64,000 bases of DNA from sequence record MF327008; one strand, given 5' to 3'. The position numbers and the translations under genes are program-made. The stretch comes from Shigella phage Sf24. Position 1 is the first letter of the stretch. Each line of letters begins with the position of its first letter. Under the pieces are notes generated by a model. That model saw only the letters and a program-made list of their open reading frames with translations, was not told where the DNA came from and did not search any database. Positions 30,360-40,626 of the stretch are shown here, one piece after another.

Positions 30360-30653
30360 TCAACTGTAACGATAACATTTGTTTGATTTACGTTTTGCAA
30401 CACGATGAGAAGTATTGTAATCCAAATCATCCTCAACGTATACATCTTTTTTCAACTGACGAACTTCTTTACGCAGTTGACGATTCATCTCATTCTTGAC
30501 TTCTGAATCAACGCCATAAAAACGTTTCCATTTGTCCGAACGGAAGATATTTTTATTCAAAGTTTCTTCTGATACACCGTCAGGTGCTTTACGTCTAGCC
30601 ATGCAATTAAAATCTTTAGAAGACAATTCTTTACGACGATACGTTTTACCCAT
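30360..30653 (-). CDS. hypothetical basic protein (97 aa)
   Basis: Track ORF 30360-30692 trimmed to ATG 30651-53. Confidence 0.45.
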   Translation of the reverse strand: MGKTYRRKELSSKDFNCMARRKAPDGVSEETLNKNIFRSDKWKRFYGVDSEVKNEMNRQLRKEVRQLKKDVYVEDDLDYNTSHRVAKRKSNKCYRYS

Positions 30654-30828
30654 GGAGTTTAATTTCCTTAGCAACTGAACTAAATGCAGCACGATCGCAA
30701 ATCATGCGTTTATGTAACTTGAGTATAATATAGCAAACTTCAAAACTATTTACATGAGTAACACGAACAGCATTACCATTAATGAGATAATACTGTCCCT
30801 TTTTAATTTCTTTATCAACCACAACCAT
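30646..30828 (-). CDS. hypothetical small protein (60 aa)
   Basis: Track ORF; TGAGGAATTGAT SD; early promoter upstream. Confidence 0.5.
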   Translation of the reverse strand: MVVVDKEIKKGQYYLINGNAVRVTHVNSFEVCYIILKLHKRMICDRAAFSSVAKEIKLHG

Positions 30829-30858
30829 ATCAATTCCTCAAAGGTAATTCATATGTTA

Positions 30859-30888
30859 ATAATACCACGGTTTGAACTTGTTGTAAAC
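30859..30888 (-). promoter_or_regulatory. early promoter
   Basis: GTTTACA-N18-TATTAT with A/T-rich UP region. Confidence 0.65.
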
Positions 30889-30960
30889 AACTTTGTGAAA
30901 ATATTTTAGGGAATGACAAGAAGGGAACGATAGCTTAGAATGGTAATATACAGAATGCGA

Positions 30961-30981
30961 GAAAGAAAGGCCCAGAGGGCC
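30961..30981 (-). terminator. intrinsic terminator after nrdH
   Basis: GGCCC-UCU-GGGCC followed by UUUCUUUC. Confidence 0.55.
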
Positions 30982-30985
30982 CGTC

Positions 30986-31294
30986 TTAATCTTCTATGAT
31001 ATCTCTATCATATCCAAGTGAAATGAGAGTTTCTTTGAAGTGTTTAATGTTCTTTTGCCTAGAATCATTAATGAAAATGACCGGATACCGAATATTAAGA
31101 GATGTGAATCCGGCGCGTTTGGCAAGAGATACAATCAGTGGACGATCATACTCAATCTTACCATTATTAGTAAGAACTTTATAGAAAGTAAAAGGAGCAT
31201 TGAGCTCCTTTAGAAGTTTTGTAACTGATTGACATCCAGGACAACGACCTACTTCATCTGGAATTCCATAGACTTCAATCTTATTTTGTTTCAC
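30986..31294 (-). CDS. nrdH: glutaredoxin-like protein NrdH
   Basis: 102 aa; CPGC redox motif; upstream of nrdG/nrdD. Confidence 0.75.
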   Translation of the reverse strand: MKQNKIEVYGIPDEVGRCPGCQSVTKLLKELNAPFTFYKVLTNNGKIEYDRPLIVSLAKRAGFTSLNIRYPVIFINDSRQKNIKHFKETLISLGYDRDIIED

Positions 31295-31296
31295 AA

Positions 31297-31509
31297 CTAT
31301 TCCTTACTAAGAGCAGCATTCAGCTTGTTAGTAATTTTATCCAGACGCTCATTGAACTCACTAGAAGATAAGCCCTTTTCTGGAGAAATCAAACTAATCA
31401 CGAAAAATATAGCAATAAAAGGAATAAGGAAAATAGCTCCAACTGCCATAAACAGAAAGAATGTTACAGTTGTAAGAAAATCAGCTAAACCTTTACGAAA
31501 TTTATACAT
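31297..31509 (-). CDS. hypothetical membrane protein (70 aa)
   Basis: Track ORF with one strongly hydrophobic segment. Confidence 0.5.
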   Translation of the reverse strand: MYKFRKGLADFLTTVTFFLFMAVGAIFLIPFIAIFFVISLISPEKGLSSSEFNERLDKITNKLNAALSKE

Positions 31510-31624
31510 ATTTTACCCTTAATTAATTAACCAAGCATTGATAAGCACTAAACTATATTGGGAATAAAATTCTGGACCAAAATGAAAAATCATATCATTT
31601 ATAGTATCCATAATGTAATTCAAT

Positions 31625-32095
31625 TTAATCATGTTTCCACACCCCATCGGTATTTGACCAAAGTCGCTGATTATCTGATCCTCGCCACAGCTTTTTGGTC
31701 GGAAGATTTTTCTCATACTTCCCATCAATAATAACATCAACATATTTAAGCATTTCTAGTTGTTTAATATCTTCAAATTTATATCCTGTCCACAACCAAA
31801 TGCTTTTATTGGGATAAAGATTTTTTACTGTTTGAACAATGCAATGAACAACATCTCGGTTATCAGGATAGAGAGGGTCTCCTCCAGTTATAGTTAATCC
31901 TTCTATATAATCATTATTCAAACATTCAATTAATTGCTCTAGTGTTTCACCAGTGAATGGAACACCGTTTCTAGCGTTCCATGTTGATTTATTATAACAC
32001 CCTTCGCATTTATGCAAACAACCTGTAACGAAAAGAACGACCCTGCAACCAGGGCCATTCACAAAATCACAAGGATAAAATCTATCATAATTCAT
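31625..32095 (-). CDS. nrdG: anaerobic ribonucleotide reductase activase NrdG
   Basis: 156 aa; radical-SAM cysteine cluster CLHKCEGC. Confidence 0.9.
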   Translation of the reverse strand: MNYDRFYPCDFVNGPGCRVVLFVTGCLHKCEGCYNKSTWNARNGVPFTGETLEQLIECLNNDYIEGLTITGGDPLYPDNRDVVHCIVQTVKNLYPNKSIWLWTGYKFEDIKQLEMLKYVDVIIDGKYEKNLPTKKLWRGSDNQRLWSNTDGVWKHD

Positions 32096-33909
32096 TGATG
32101 CTTAACCCTATGCATGATTTCTTTATTTTTACCGAGATTAAATCCGCGCTCGTTAGGATTTCCCAAATAACCGCATGTTCTTCTTATAGTATTCATCTTT
32201 TTGGGATCAGTTTCTCCACAAATAGAACAAACAAATCCGTTTTCAGTAGGAGTCATTTCATGAGTGCTTCCACACGTAAAACATTTATCTACTGGCATGT
32301 TAACACCAAAATAATCTAAATGTTGTGCAGCATAATCCCATACAGCCTCAAGACCTTTTAGGTTATTTTTCATATCAGGAAGTTCAACATAAGAAATGTG
32401 ACCACCTGTCGCAATGAAATGATATGGTGCTTCACGAGAAATCTTTTCAAACGGAGTGATATTTTCTTCTACTGAAACATGGAAACTATTAGTGTACCAA
32501 CCTTTATCAGTAACATCTTTTACGCTTCCATATTTTTCAGTATCAAGTTTACAGAAGCGATAGCAAAGGTTTTCAGCAGGAGTAGAATACAAGCTAAAAG
32601 CAAAACCGGTTCTTTCGGTCCACTGCTTAAGACGAGCATTCATTTTAGTTAAAATTTCCTGTCCAATATCACGACCGACAAGAATATTCAATTCGTGAAT
32701 ACCAATGTATCCTAAGGACACTGAACTTCTACCGTTTTTAAATAACTCAATTATATCGTCATCAGGTTTAAGACGAACCCCGAATGCACCTTCTTGGTAA
32801 AGAATAGGAGCAACAGTAGCTTTAACTCCTTTTAAGGAACTAATTCTACACATCAATGCTTCAAAACATAAATCCATTCTCTCATTGAACAATTCGGCAA
32901 ATTTCTGTTCATTGAACTGTGTTCCAATATAAGAATCTAGCGCAATGCGAGGAAGATTCAGTGTTACAACACCAAGATTATTACGTCCATCAAGAATTTC
33001 ATTACCAGTCGAATCTTTCCATACGCTCAAGAAACTACGGCATCCCATCGGAGAAACAGGAACAGATGAACCAGTGATAGCTTTATTGTTCTTAGCTGAA
33101 ATAATATCAGGATACATCCTTTTGCTTGCACACTCTAGAGCAAGCTTCTTAATATCATAGTTCGGATCATCTTTATAAAGATTAACACCTTCTTCGACGA
33201 ACATAACAAGCTTAGGGAAAATAGGAGTTATCCCATCACGACCAAGACCTTTAATACGATTTTTCAGAATTGCTTTCTGAATCATTCGTTCAGTCCAGTC
33301 AGTTCCCGTACCAAATGTAATTGTTACAAAAGGCGTTTGTCCGTTTGAACTAAAGAGAGTATTTACTTCATATTCATAAGCTTGGAATGCATCGTATACG
33401 TCTTTTTCTGTTTTAGATTGAGCATAATTTAACGCATCAGCGATTTGCCATTTTTCTGCATCCTCAATATGTTTTGCATAGGTGCGTTTAACATAAGGAG
33501 AAAGTACTTTATCTACATTCGCAAAAGTCGTTCCGCCATATTGATGGGAAGCAACTTGCGCAGTAATTTGTGCCATAATTGCAGTAGCAACACCGATTGA
33601 TTTAGGAGTTTCAATCTGCGCATTACCAAGCTTAAATCCGTTCTCAAGCATTCCTTTTAAATCTACTAAACAACAATTAGTAAATGGAAGAGCAGGGGAA
33701 TAATCAATATCATGGAAATGAATAATTCCGCTTTCATGCGCTTTCATAATAAAAGACGGGACCATATTTTTGGCAATGTGTTTAGACACAATACCAGCCA
33801 TAAGGTCCCGTTGAGTTGGAAAAACACGAGAATCTTTATTAGCATTCTCGTTTAAAAGGTCTTTATTAGTTTTATGAATCAATCCTTCAATTTCTTTTTC
33901 AATTGTCAT
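32092..33909 (-). CDS. nrdD: anaerobic ribonucleotide reductase NrdD, uninterrupted
   Basis: 605 aa continuous ORF; C-terminal glycyl-radical motif RTCGYLG. Confidence 0.95.
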   Translation of the reverse strand: MTIEKEIEGLIHKTNKDLLNENANKDSRVFPTQRDLMAGIVSKHIAKNMVPSFIMKAHESGIIHFHDIDYSPALPFTNCCLVDLKGMLENGFKLGNAQIETPKSIGVATAIMAQITAQVASHQYGGTTFANVDKVLSPYVKRTYAKHIEDAEKWQIADALNYAQSKTEKDVYDAFQAYEYEVNTLFSSNGQTPFVTITFGTGTDWTERMIQKAILKNRIKGLGRDGITPIFPKLVMFVEEGVNLYKDDPNYDIKKLALECASKRMYPDIISAKNNKAITGSSVPVSPMGCRSFLSVWKDSTGNEILDGRNNLGVVTLNLPRIALDSYIGTQFNEQKFAELFNERMDLCFEALMCRISSLKGVKATVAPILYQEGAFGVRLKPDDDIIELFKNGRSSVSLGYIGIHELNILVGRDIGQEILTKMNARLKQWTERTGFAFSLYSTPAENLCYRFCKLDTEKYGSVKDVTDKGWYTNSFHVSVEENITPFEKISREAPYHFIATGGHISYVELPDMKNNLKGLEAVWDYAAQHLDYFGVNMPVDKCFTCGSTHEMTPTENGFVCSICGETDPKKMNTIRRTCGYLGNPNERGFNLGKNKEIMHRVKHQ

Positions 33910-34379
33910 TTTAAACTCTTTCTAAGCTGCTTCTTAAATGAAGCTATTAACTGTGTTTTAGTGTCAGATTCATTATATTCAAATCCTCTTTGAAGCATCT
34001 CGGCCATCATTTCCTCTTTTCCTAAACGAGAAAATTCCTTTGATTTATCTCCAACAAAGTTAGGGTGAATATTATTTTGGGTGTAATCGGATTTTAAATA
34101 AGTAAGTAAATTTTCTAACCATTCAAGATAATCAACGCCTTGTCCCTTTAAGCCAGAACGATTAAATTTGTGCTTCATTTGACCTTCTGTGGCATTGCAG
34201 AGATTACAAAGCAATCCACGTACTTTTCCTGCTTTTGGTCCATTTAATTCATGGTCATGGTCGAGGTGATTAGCTTGAACGTCAGGATTTAGTTCTCGTT
34301 GGCAAATTAAGCATTTACCGTTTTGTGCATCATAAAATTTCTGTTTTTCTTCTTTATATAATTTGCCAGTCAATAACAT
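33906..34379 (-). CDS. 49: endonuclease VII (gene 49)
   Basis: 157 aa; Zn-binding CLIC...CNLC and H-N-H region. Confidence 0.9.
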   Translation of the reverse strand: MLLTGKLYKEEKQKFYDAQNGKCLICQRELNPDVQANHLDHDHELNGPKAGKVRGLLCNLCNATEGQMKHKFNRSGLKGQGVDYLEWLENLLTYLKSDYTQNNIHPNFVGDKSKEFSRLGKEEMMAEMLQRGFEYNESDTKTQLIASFKKQLRKSLK

Positions 34380-34421
34380 AATAAAACCCTTACCTTAAAT
34401 AGATAAGGGTATTTATTATTT

Positions 34422-34907
34422 TCAAGTATTGTAAAACATTTGATTCAATCGCTTATATTGCCGAATCTTTTGGTCAGAAAAAGAAATTTGAGTTTCAAGC
34501 CATTCAATATATTCTGCCGCAGCTTGCATCAAATTTCCTTCATAGCCATCGTTATTTTCTTGTGCAGCTAATTTAGCTAATGCATATGAAATACGTTCAC
34601 CTTGAAAATCGGCTTTAGGCTTCTGAACAACTTGATTAGTTCGCTCTACAACTTCTTCAATTTCGCCATTTTCGACTGATTCAGTATTCCACAAGCACCA
34701 ATACGTAATTGGCTTATCGTAGATGTTAATAATCTTTCCATCAGAAAGTTCAATTTCAATAATTCCAGTGTCAGGCTCTATATCATCTTCACATTCTTTT
34801 GCAAGTTCACGAACTTTAAAGACAGTACCTGCACTAAGTTCCGGCCAGTAATTACACAGCCCTTTATCAGCACGATTAATTCTAAACCACTTATTTACTG
34901 CAATCAT
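34422..34907 (-). CDS. hypothetical protein (161 aa) at the pin position
   Basis: Track ORF trimmed to ATG 34905-07 giving 161 aa; assignment by synteny and size only. Confidence 0.55.
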   Translation of the reverse strand: MIAVNKWFRINRADKGLCNYWPELSAGTVFKVRELAKECEDDIEPDTGIIEIELSDGKIINIYDKPITYWCLWNTESVENGEIEEVVERTNQVVQKPKADFQGERISYALAKLAAQENNDGYEGNLMQAAAEYIEWLETQISFSDQKIRQYKRLNQMFYNT

Positions 34908-35030
34908 GTCCCATCTCCATATCAATTAAGTCATTTATTGTTGGTTCATTATATACTGTTTCTTCATCAGTGTAAACCGGTTCTTCCGGCTCTGGCTCTA
35001 CAGTTTCCCATCTAGCCGCCCACCAAGGTT

Positions 35031-35351
35031 TTATAGCGTAATCCATTCTCGTACTGTCTGAGTTACTACACGTTCACGGGGCTCGACTAGTTCAACAGTC
35101 GGAACTGCATAATACCAGTCAGAATGATAAGAACCTGAGCGAGTTTCATTTACGGAAACATGTACATTGTGTTTTGGACTAAAATAAACACACTGACGAT
35201 ATTGGCATTTACCATCTTGCACCCAGTCTTCTATTTCGATAGGTTTAAGATAATCCGAAAAATCGAAATCATAATTTTCTGAAAATGCATCATGGTCTTC
35301 GATGATTTCACTCAGAACTGCATCAACATCTAATTTATTTTCAATATTCAT
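35031..35351 (-). CDS. hypothetical protein (106 aa)
   Basis: Track ORF. Confidence 0.5.
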   Translation of the reverse strand: MNIENKLDVDAVLSEIIEDHDAFSENYDFDFSDYLKPIEIEDWVQDGKCQYRQCVYFSPKHNVHVSVNETRSGSYHSDWYYAVPTVELVEPRERVVTQTVREWITL

Positions 35352-35361
35352 TTTTCACCAA

Positions 35362-35571
35362 TTAATTTCGCAATTTATTAAGTTCTTCATAATCAATCCA
35401 TGATTCTAGTCCTGATGGCAAATCAGATTCAATTTCCCAAAGAAGTTCTTCAATTTTCTGAAGACGATCTAGTTCTTCAGCAGGAATAGTAACCATTGAC
35501 GGAGTTCTTGATACGCTAATATCGTAAATCATATTTACCCCAGTTTGACCATACAATCGCCGTATTTCCAT
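35362..35571 (-). CDS. hypothetical protein (69 aa)
   Basis: Track ORF. Confidence 0.45.
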   Translation of the reverse strand: MEIRRLYGQTGVNMIYDISVSRTPSMVTIPAEELDRLQKIEELLWEIESDLPSGLESWIDYEELNKLRN

Positions 35572-35750
35572 TTAGAAATAGACTTTTCACCATTAGAATA
35601 ATAAACTTCGAGTTTAGCACGGTTATTTTTAATTTGAATAACTTTGGCTGTCATCAAAGTTCCATAACCATAGTAAACTGCGACTTCATCACCTACATAT
35701 ACCGCGCTTCCGCGGTAGTCATGGATATAATCAGTTCCTTCGAGCATCAT
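35535..35750 (-). CDS. hypothetical protein (71 aa)
   Basis: Track ORF. Confidence 0.45.
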   Translation of the reverse strand: MMLEGTDYIHDYRGSAVYVGDEVAVYYGYGTLMTAKVIQIKNNRAKLEVYYSNGEKSISKWKYGDCMVKLG

Positions 35751-36010
35751 TTAAAGTATTCCCGCAATTGGTCAAATCCACCAATATGACTTCCATCAGG
35801 AGCAAATACTTGTGGCATCGTCAAACCAATTTGAGTATCACGACCTAGTTTCGTCAGAAGCTCAGCAATTTTCTCATCATCAAAAACACCTTTTTCCGGC
35901 ATAATGTTGATAAATTCAAACGGCTGTTTCTTTACAGTCAAAAGACGTTTTGCATTATCGCAATACACACATTTATGGATGTTGCTATTATAACCATATA
36001 CTTTAAACAT
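35747..36010 (-). CDS. nrdC: thioredoxin/glutaredoxin NrdC
   Basis: 87 aa; CVYC active site; matches T4 NrdC as recalled. Confidence 0.9.
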   Translation of the reverse strand: MFKVYGYNSNIHKCVYCDNAKRLLTVKKQPFEFINIMPEKGVFDDEKIAELLTKLGRDTQIGLTMPQVFAPDGSHIGGFDQLREYFK

Positions 36011-36011
36011 A

Positions 36012-36254
36012 TTATTCCTTAATTCCTAGTACTTGTTTAAAAGTCTCGTCGTAATCAAGACTTTGACCCGTTTGTTCTTTATGTTTGTATATAATATCAC
36101 TTACTTCTGATAGCATATTTTTATATGAACGAGTTAAAGCAGATTTAAGCACGCTGTATCTATCAGGAAATTTACCATGTTCATTATAATAAGCTATTGC
36201 TAATTCACGGACTGCCTTTTCAGCAGCCTCCATATATTCTTTACGCTTGGTCAT
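36012..36254 (-). CDS. hypothetical protein (80 aa)
   Basis: Track ORF. Confidence 0.5.
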   Translation of the reverse strand: MTKRKEYMEAAEKAVRELAIAYYNEHGKFPDRYSVLKSALTRSYKNMLSEVSDIIYKHKEQTGQSLDYDETFKQVLGIKE

Positions 36255-36256
36255 TT

Positions 36257-36646
36257 TTAATCCAAAATATTATTAGGCATTGGTTGAACACTCACAAGTT
36301 CTTTAAAGAACTCAGTAGAGTCAGGCAATTTAACCATTTCCGGAGCATGCTTACTGAATTTATGTTTACATTGACGGCATTTATATTCAAGCTCTGGTTT
36401 ACGCCAGTTAATCAATTGAACTTGTTCAGTACCGCATTCAGGGCAATTAGGAACGTTTTTAGAAGCTCTTTCACGTCGTTCAACCATAGCCATAATAGCA
36501 TCCCATGCTGGAGGTTTAAAATCTAAATCGTCGCAGCCGTGAATCTTTCCACGCATTTCCATATCATCTTCCTCACCAGCCATAATAATTTTAATTAGAC
36601 TGGAATTACTTGAAGCTGCAATGTCTTCTAATAGACGCTTTTTCAT
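36257..36646 (-). CDS. hypothetical Zn-ribbon protein (129 aa)
   Basis: CPECGTEQ...CRQCKHKF. Confidence 0.55.
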   Translation of the reverse strand: MKKRLLEDIAASSNSSLIKIIMAGEEDDMEMRGKIHGCDDLDFKPPAWDAIMAMVERRERASKNVPNCPECGTEQVQLINWRKPELEYKCRQCKHKFSKHAPEMVKLPDSTEFFKELVSVQPMPNNILD

Positions 36647-37572
36647 TTCAATACCTCAATAGCATTGCGTAAACCATTTGCTTTTGCATTAAGAGCTTTT
36701 AACAATTTGGTGTGTTCTGCAATTTGGGCTTCAACTTCAATCAAACGGGCATTGAGATATTCACGTTCTTCACTCAGATTATCAACCTTTTCTACTTTAG
36801 GCTCTTTTACAACTGTCTTATATGTATTAGGGTTCTTCAGTTTAATTAGAATGCGTGAACTGTATAACATTGAACCATTATCTTCGGTTTCGTCATACAT
36901 TTCCACTACGTCCATAATTTTTAACATCATGCGGAGTTTATAAGACAACGAACGAATAGTTTTGTTGTGCTTATTAATTTCTTTAGCTGTCATGGTGCCA
37001 AGATTACGTGAGTAATAATAAGGAACCTGGATATTAATTAATACTGATGAACCACCTGGCTTGTGTGTTACTTCATCAGCAATAACCCAGTCCTTAACAT
37101 GAACTGTATTTGTACGGTCATCGCCCGCGGTAAATAGTTTGCGAGCATGCTTAAAAAGCATATTCACTTGGTCATTGAATTGACAAGCAAATTTATCAGC
37201 AAATTTAGTTTCAGGAATGGTAGATAACCAATCAGCCAAATGGGTCTTTTTAACATCGTTAACAATAGTAAATTCAACCAAATCAGTTATAGATGTCGCA
37301 GATTTAATGAAGCTCGGCTTCATAAAGTTTTTAATGTTATCACGAGCTACAGTAGAAGATAACATACGAGAACGTTTAAACCATTCAAGCAAATTGCCTA
37401 ACGAATGAGAATAAGCGTTTTGAGTATCTTTACAGATATGATTTTCCTGACCAACATATTGAAGGAAATCACGAAGAATATTATTGATTACTGCTCTGTG
37501 TCCTATCTGATAATTACGATGTTTAGTAATAAGACTGTCAAAATAATCAATATAATGTTTACGAGTTTTCAT
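36643..37572 (-). CDS. hypothetical protein (309 aa) with C-terminal coiled coil
   Basis: Track ORF; one of four tandem similarly built ORFs. Confidence 0.6.
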   Translation of the reverse strand: MKTRKHYIDYFDSLITKHRNYQIGHRAVINNILRDFLQYVGQENHICKDTQNAYSHSLGNLLEWFKRSRMLSSTVARDNIKNFMKPSFIKSATSITDLVEFTIVNDVKKTHLADWLSTIPETKFADKFACQFNDQVNMLFKHARKLFTAGDDRTNTVHVKDWVIADEVTHKPGGSSVLINIQVPYYYSRNLGTMTAKEINKHNKTIRSLSYKLRMMLKIMDVVEMYDETEDNGSMLYSSRILIKLKNPNTYKTVVKEPKVEKVDNLSEEREYLNARLIEVEAQIAEHTKLLKALNAKANGLRNAIEVLK

Positions 37573-37624
37573 GTTCTTCTCACTTGGTTAATGATTTATG
37601 CTCCGAGCCATCCTTGGCTTTAAA

Positions 37625-38626
37625 TTACTTAATTAACTGTAAAGCTTGTTCAAGACGATCCAAGCGATTGACAGATTCTTCCCAAATCTTTTTAGCCTGC
37701 TCATATTCTTTCTGCGCTTTATTAGAAATTTCTAGAACTTCTTTATAAGCTTTTTCTAATGCAATAACTTCTGGACGAATTTCTATCGGTTCAGGTGAAT
37801 CATCAAGACATTCCATTAGTTCCTCAAGAGTAGTTTCTTCTTTAGGAGTATTCACAATTTCCTCACATTTTTGTTGATAAATTTCTTTATCAGTAGGTGA
37901 ATAAGCACATTTCACTTCACGAAGACTAATTACAATTTTATATCCTTCCCATCCGCATATATTCTTAAAAGGATATGTATGAATATTTTCTACTGTTTCC
38001 ATACAAAGTAATGCAGTCTCTAACTGACGAGTTATAGTGCTAGCAATTGAGAAAAATTTATTAATATTCTTTTGGTTAGCGTTTGGTGTAAAAAATCCAT
38101 AATTCACAAAAATAGCTACTTTATTTTCATCAAGCTCATATTCTTTTACGATAATCATATCAGAAGCCAAAGGATGAATTTGACGATAATCGCCATAACA
38201 TAATTTAGAAGCTGATTTTAGAATTTGTCCTTTGAAAAGTCTGAAATTACTAATCCAACGACGAGTAAAAATATTCTCAGGGTCTTCTTTATTATTAAGA
38301 TGATAAGAATTAACATCACCGAACCAATTATATCCTACTACATCTTTGGTTCGTTTAATTTCTTTCCCAAAATTACCAAGAATATCCCGATTAACCAAAT
38401 ATGAAAGAAGACGAGACTCTTTAAAGGTTTTCTTGATATTATCTTTATCTACACGGCTAGAAATTTTACGAATTTCATGAATAAATTTAGTAGAAGAAAC
38501 AATACTTGCATCAACACTATTGAGCCATTGATTGATAATAGAAATCACACTATTCTGACTAGACATAGGTTTAACTTTATCATCAATAACGCTATTGAAT
38601 GATTTGATATATTCGTTACGAGTCAT
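37625..38626 (-). CDS. hypothetical protein (333 aa) with C-terminal coiled coil
   Basis: Track ORF 37625-38677 trimmed to ATG 38624-26 (GAGGAGA SD) downstream of early promoter. Confidence 0.6.
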   Translation of the reverse strand: MTRNEYIKSFNSVIDDKVKPMSSQNSVISIINQWLNSVDASIVSSTKFIHEIRKISSRVDKDNIKKTFKESRLLSYLVNRDILGNFGKEIKRTKDVVGYNWFGDVNSYHLNNKEDPENIFTRRWISNFRLFKGQILKSASKLCYGDYRQIHPLASDMIIVKEYELDENKVAIFVNYGFFTPNANQKNINKFFSIASTITRQLETALLCMETVENIHTYPFKNICGWEGYKIVISLREVKCAYSPTDKEIYQQKCEEIVNTPKEETTLEELMECLDDSPEPIEIRPEVIALEKAYKEVLEISNKAQKEYEQAKKIWEESVNRLDRLEQALQLIK

Positions 38627-38654
38627 ATTAATCTCCTCAGTAGAAAGTAAGAAC

Positions 38655-38684
38655 ATTATACCACATCCTTGTGGCAAAGTAAAC
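38655..38684 (-). promoter_or_regulatory. early promoter
   Basis: GTTTAC-N18-TATAAT. Confidence 0.7.
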
Positions 38685-39709
38685 TAGTTTAGTGCATTTA
38701 GTGCATTGTTCAGTTTAGAACGTTGCTTCGTAAGATTTTTGACTTTTTCTTGAGCTTTTTCTAGCATCTTTTCAGCTTCTAACACTTCATTGGTCGCTTT
38801 AACGAGTTCATCATCTACTGCCTTGATAGACTTCTCAATCGCATCGGCATGCCATTTTTCAACAGGTTTAAGACTCGGATTTTCAACAGGAAGAAAATTC
38901 ACTTTATTGAATTTCCATGCATCTTTATTACCTGAACTATACATCCAAAATTTAGGATCGTTTGATGAGTAATTGGATAAATTTAAATTTAAGTTATCTT
39001 GCACTTCTTGCTTTTTCTCTTGCGTGACTTCGTCCTTTCTCAAAAAATCGTATTTAAATGAAACGATCATATCAAGTTCATATGTTGTTGTGTCTAATTT
39101 AAATCGTTCGAAATGCTGTGAAATCTTAGACTGAACAGCAGCAACAACATCCATATACTTAAATGCTTCTGTCAACTGCGATTTAAGACATTCGCAAATT
39201 GAAAGAGAATTTTTTGTATTAGGTTTAAAGCTAATTCGTGCAGTTCTATTATTTTCTTTTAATGGTCTTACTTCCATCTGAAGAGTATAACCATCAAATT
39301 TCAGGTTCTTTAAGTTAATATCAGAACCTTTTAATCGACTCGCAGTTGATAAAATTTGCTTTAATTGTCTACGGAATAGAGCAATAAATCTCCATTCAAT
39401 ACGATAATGATTTGGATTGAAAAATCCAGATGATAAATCGACCTTACTTTGACCAACGCCTTGAACAAATAGAGGATTTTTATAATCAATAGTTTTACAG
39501 AAATCGGTGAGCTGCTCACGAGCAGTCATTTGTGTAATATACCCCGCTTTACTAAAATGACGTAACCATTCACTGCTATTCATATATTTAAAGTGAATAT
39601 CACGATTAACTTTATCAGGGTCTAAATTATTTTGGCACAAAAATGTCATAACATCACGAGTATAGCTGGCATTACGAACCATATCTTCAATTTGAGAACG
39701 AGTTTTCAT
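38684..39709 (-). CDS. hypothetical protein (341 aa) with C-terminal coiled coil
   Basis: Track ORF. Confidence 0.6.
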   Translation of the reverse strand: MKTRSQIEDMVRNASYTRDVMTFLCQNNLDPDKVNRDIHFKYMNSSEWLRHFSKAGYITQMTAREQLTDFCKTIDYKNPLFVQGVGQSKVDLSSGFFNPNHYRIEWRFIALFRRQLKQILSTASRLKGSDINLKNLKFDGYTLQMEVRPLKENNRTARISFKPNTKNSLSICECLKSQLTEAFKYMDVVAAVQSKISQHFERFKLDTTTYELDMIVSFKYDFLRKDEVTQEKKQEVQDNLNLNLSNYSSNDPKFWMYSSGNKDAWKFNKVNFLPVENPSLKPVEKWHADAIEKSIKAVDDELVKATNEVLEAEKMLEKAQEKVKNLTKQRSKLNNALNALN

Positions 39710-39717
39710 GGTGTTCC

Positions 39718-40626
39718 TTAAGATTTAAGTAAATCAACAATTTTAATTAACTTTTCACGCTCGGATTTAGCTTTACTACTCAGTCCAGATAGTCTGAAAA
39801 TTTCATCATCATATTGTTGAATAGAAATATTCAGCTCTTCAATCTGTTTATTAAAATAATCAATTTGTTCAGAATGTTTTTCGTTACTACGAACTGGTAC
39901 AGGTTTTGTAGGCAATTTAGTTGAACTGGATTCATCCGGGCGATAAATTAAAATACAACTTGAACCAATAGGGCATTTTGCACCAGATGAATATTCTAAT
40001 GTTCCAGCTTCTTTTAAAACTTCAAAAGCTAAACAGAGATGATGCCCCATATTAACATAATCTGTAGAGTGAGCTCTGACGTAATAATCATCGCCGCGAA
40101 TACTAAATTTAAAGCATTTAAGGTCTTCTGTATTATTGGTCTTAAAAATCATTTGTTTATCTAGACCTTTAGCTAATCGAGCGCCTAATGCTAATAATCG
40201 TCGTTGATTTTCCCACAAATCTGCGATCATTTGGTCAAATGATAATTTCGGCATTAGTCGACCGTAAAGATCATAGCCTTTATTATAATTGCGAAGAATT
40301 TCACTTGCATTAATACGAGACAATGCTCCAATTTTATTAAGGGCTTTCATAATGCGATTAGATAAACCCATTCCAGACCCGTTTGTTCGCTGTAAATGTT
40401 TTTCTAATCCAAATCCAATATCAACTTTAAACTTATCTAAAATTTCTGCATGAACATCTCTGTCAATAACATTCAAATCCAAAGTTGGGTTAAATCTATG
40501 AAAAAATTTATCTGGCTCTCCACGACGAAGTACAGTCCATTCATTCAATTTTTTATTAACTAAAGATTTAATTACTGCATTGACATTATTAATTACTACT
40601 GACATATTTTCCTCACTCAATTTCAA
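39718..40626 (-). CDS. hypothetical protein (302 aa) with C-terminal coiled coil
   Basis: Track ORF. Confidence 0.6.
   Translation of the reverse strand: MKLSEENMSVVINNVNAVIKSLVNKKLNEWTVLRRGEPDKFFHRFNPTLDLNVIDRDVHAEILDKFKVDIGFGLEKHLQRTNGSGMGLSNRIMKALNKIGALSRINASEILRNYNKGYDLYGRLMPKLSFDQMIADLWENQRRLLALGARLAKGLDKQMIFKTNNTEDLKCFKFSIRGDDYYVRAHSTDYVNMGHHLCLAFEVLKEAGTLEYSSGAKCPIGSSCILIYRPDESSSTKLPTKPVPVRSNEKHSEQIDYFNKQIEELNISIQQYDDEIFRLSGLSSKAKSEREKLIKIVDLLKS

Noticed and set aside
31519-31743. 74-aa track ORF overlapping the 3' end of nrdG
   Set aside because: Overlaps nrdG by about 120 nt in another frame and has no convincing start; at most a short peptide could be encoded between nrdG and the upstream membrane ORF.
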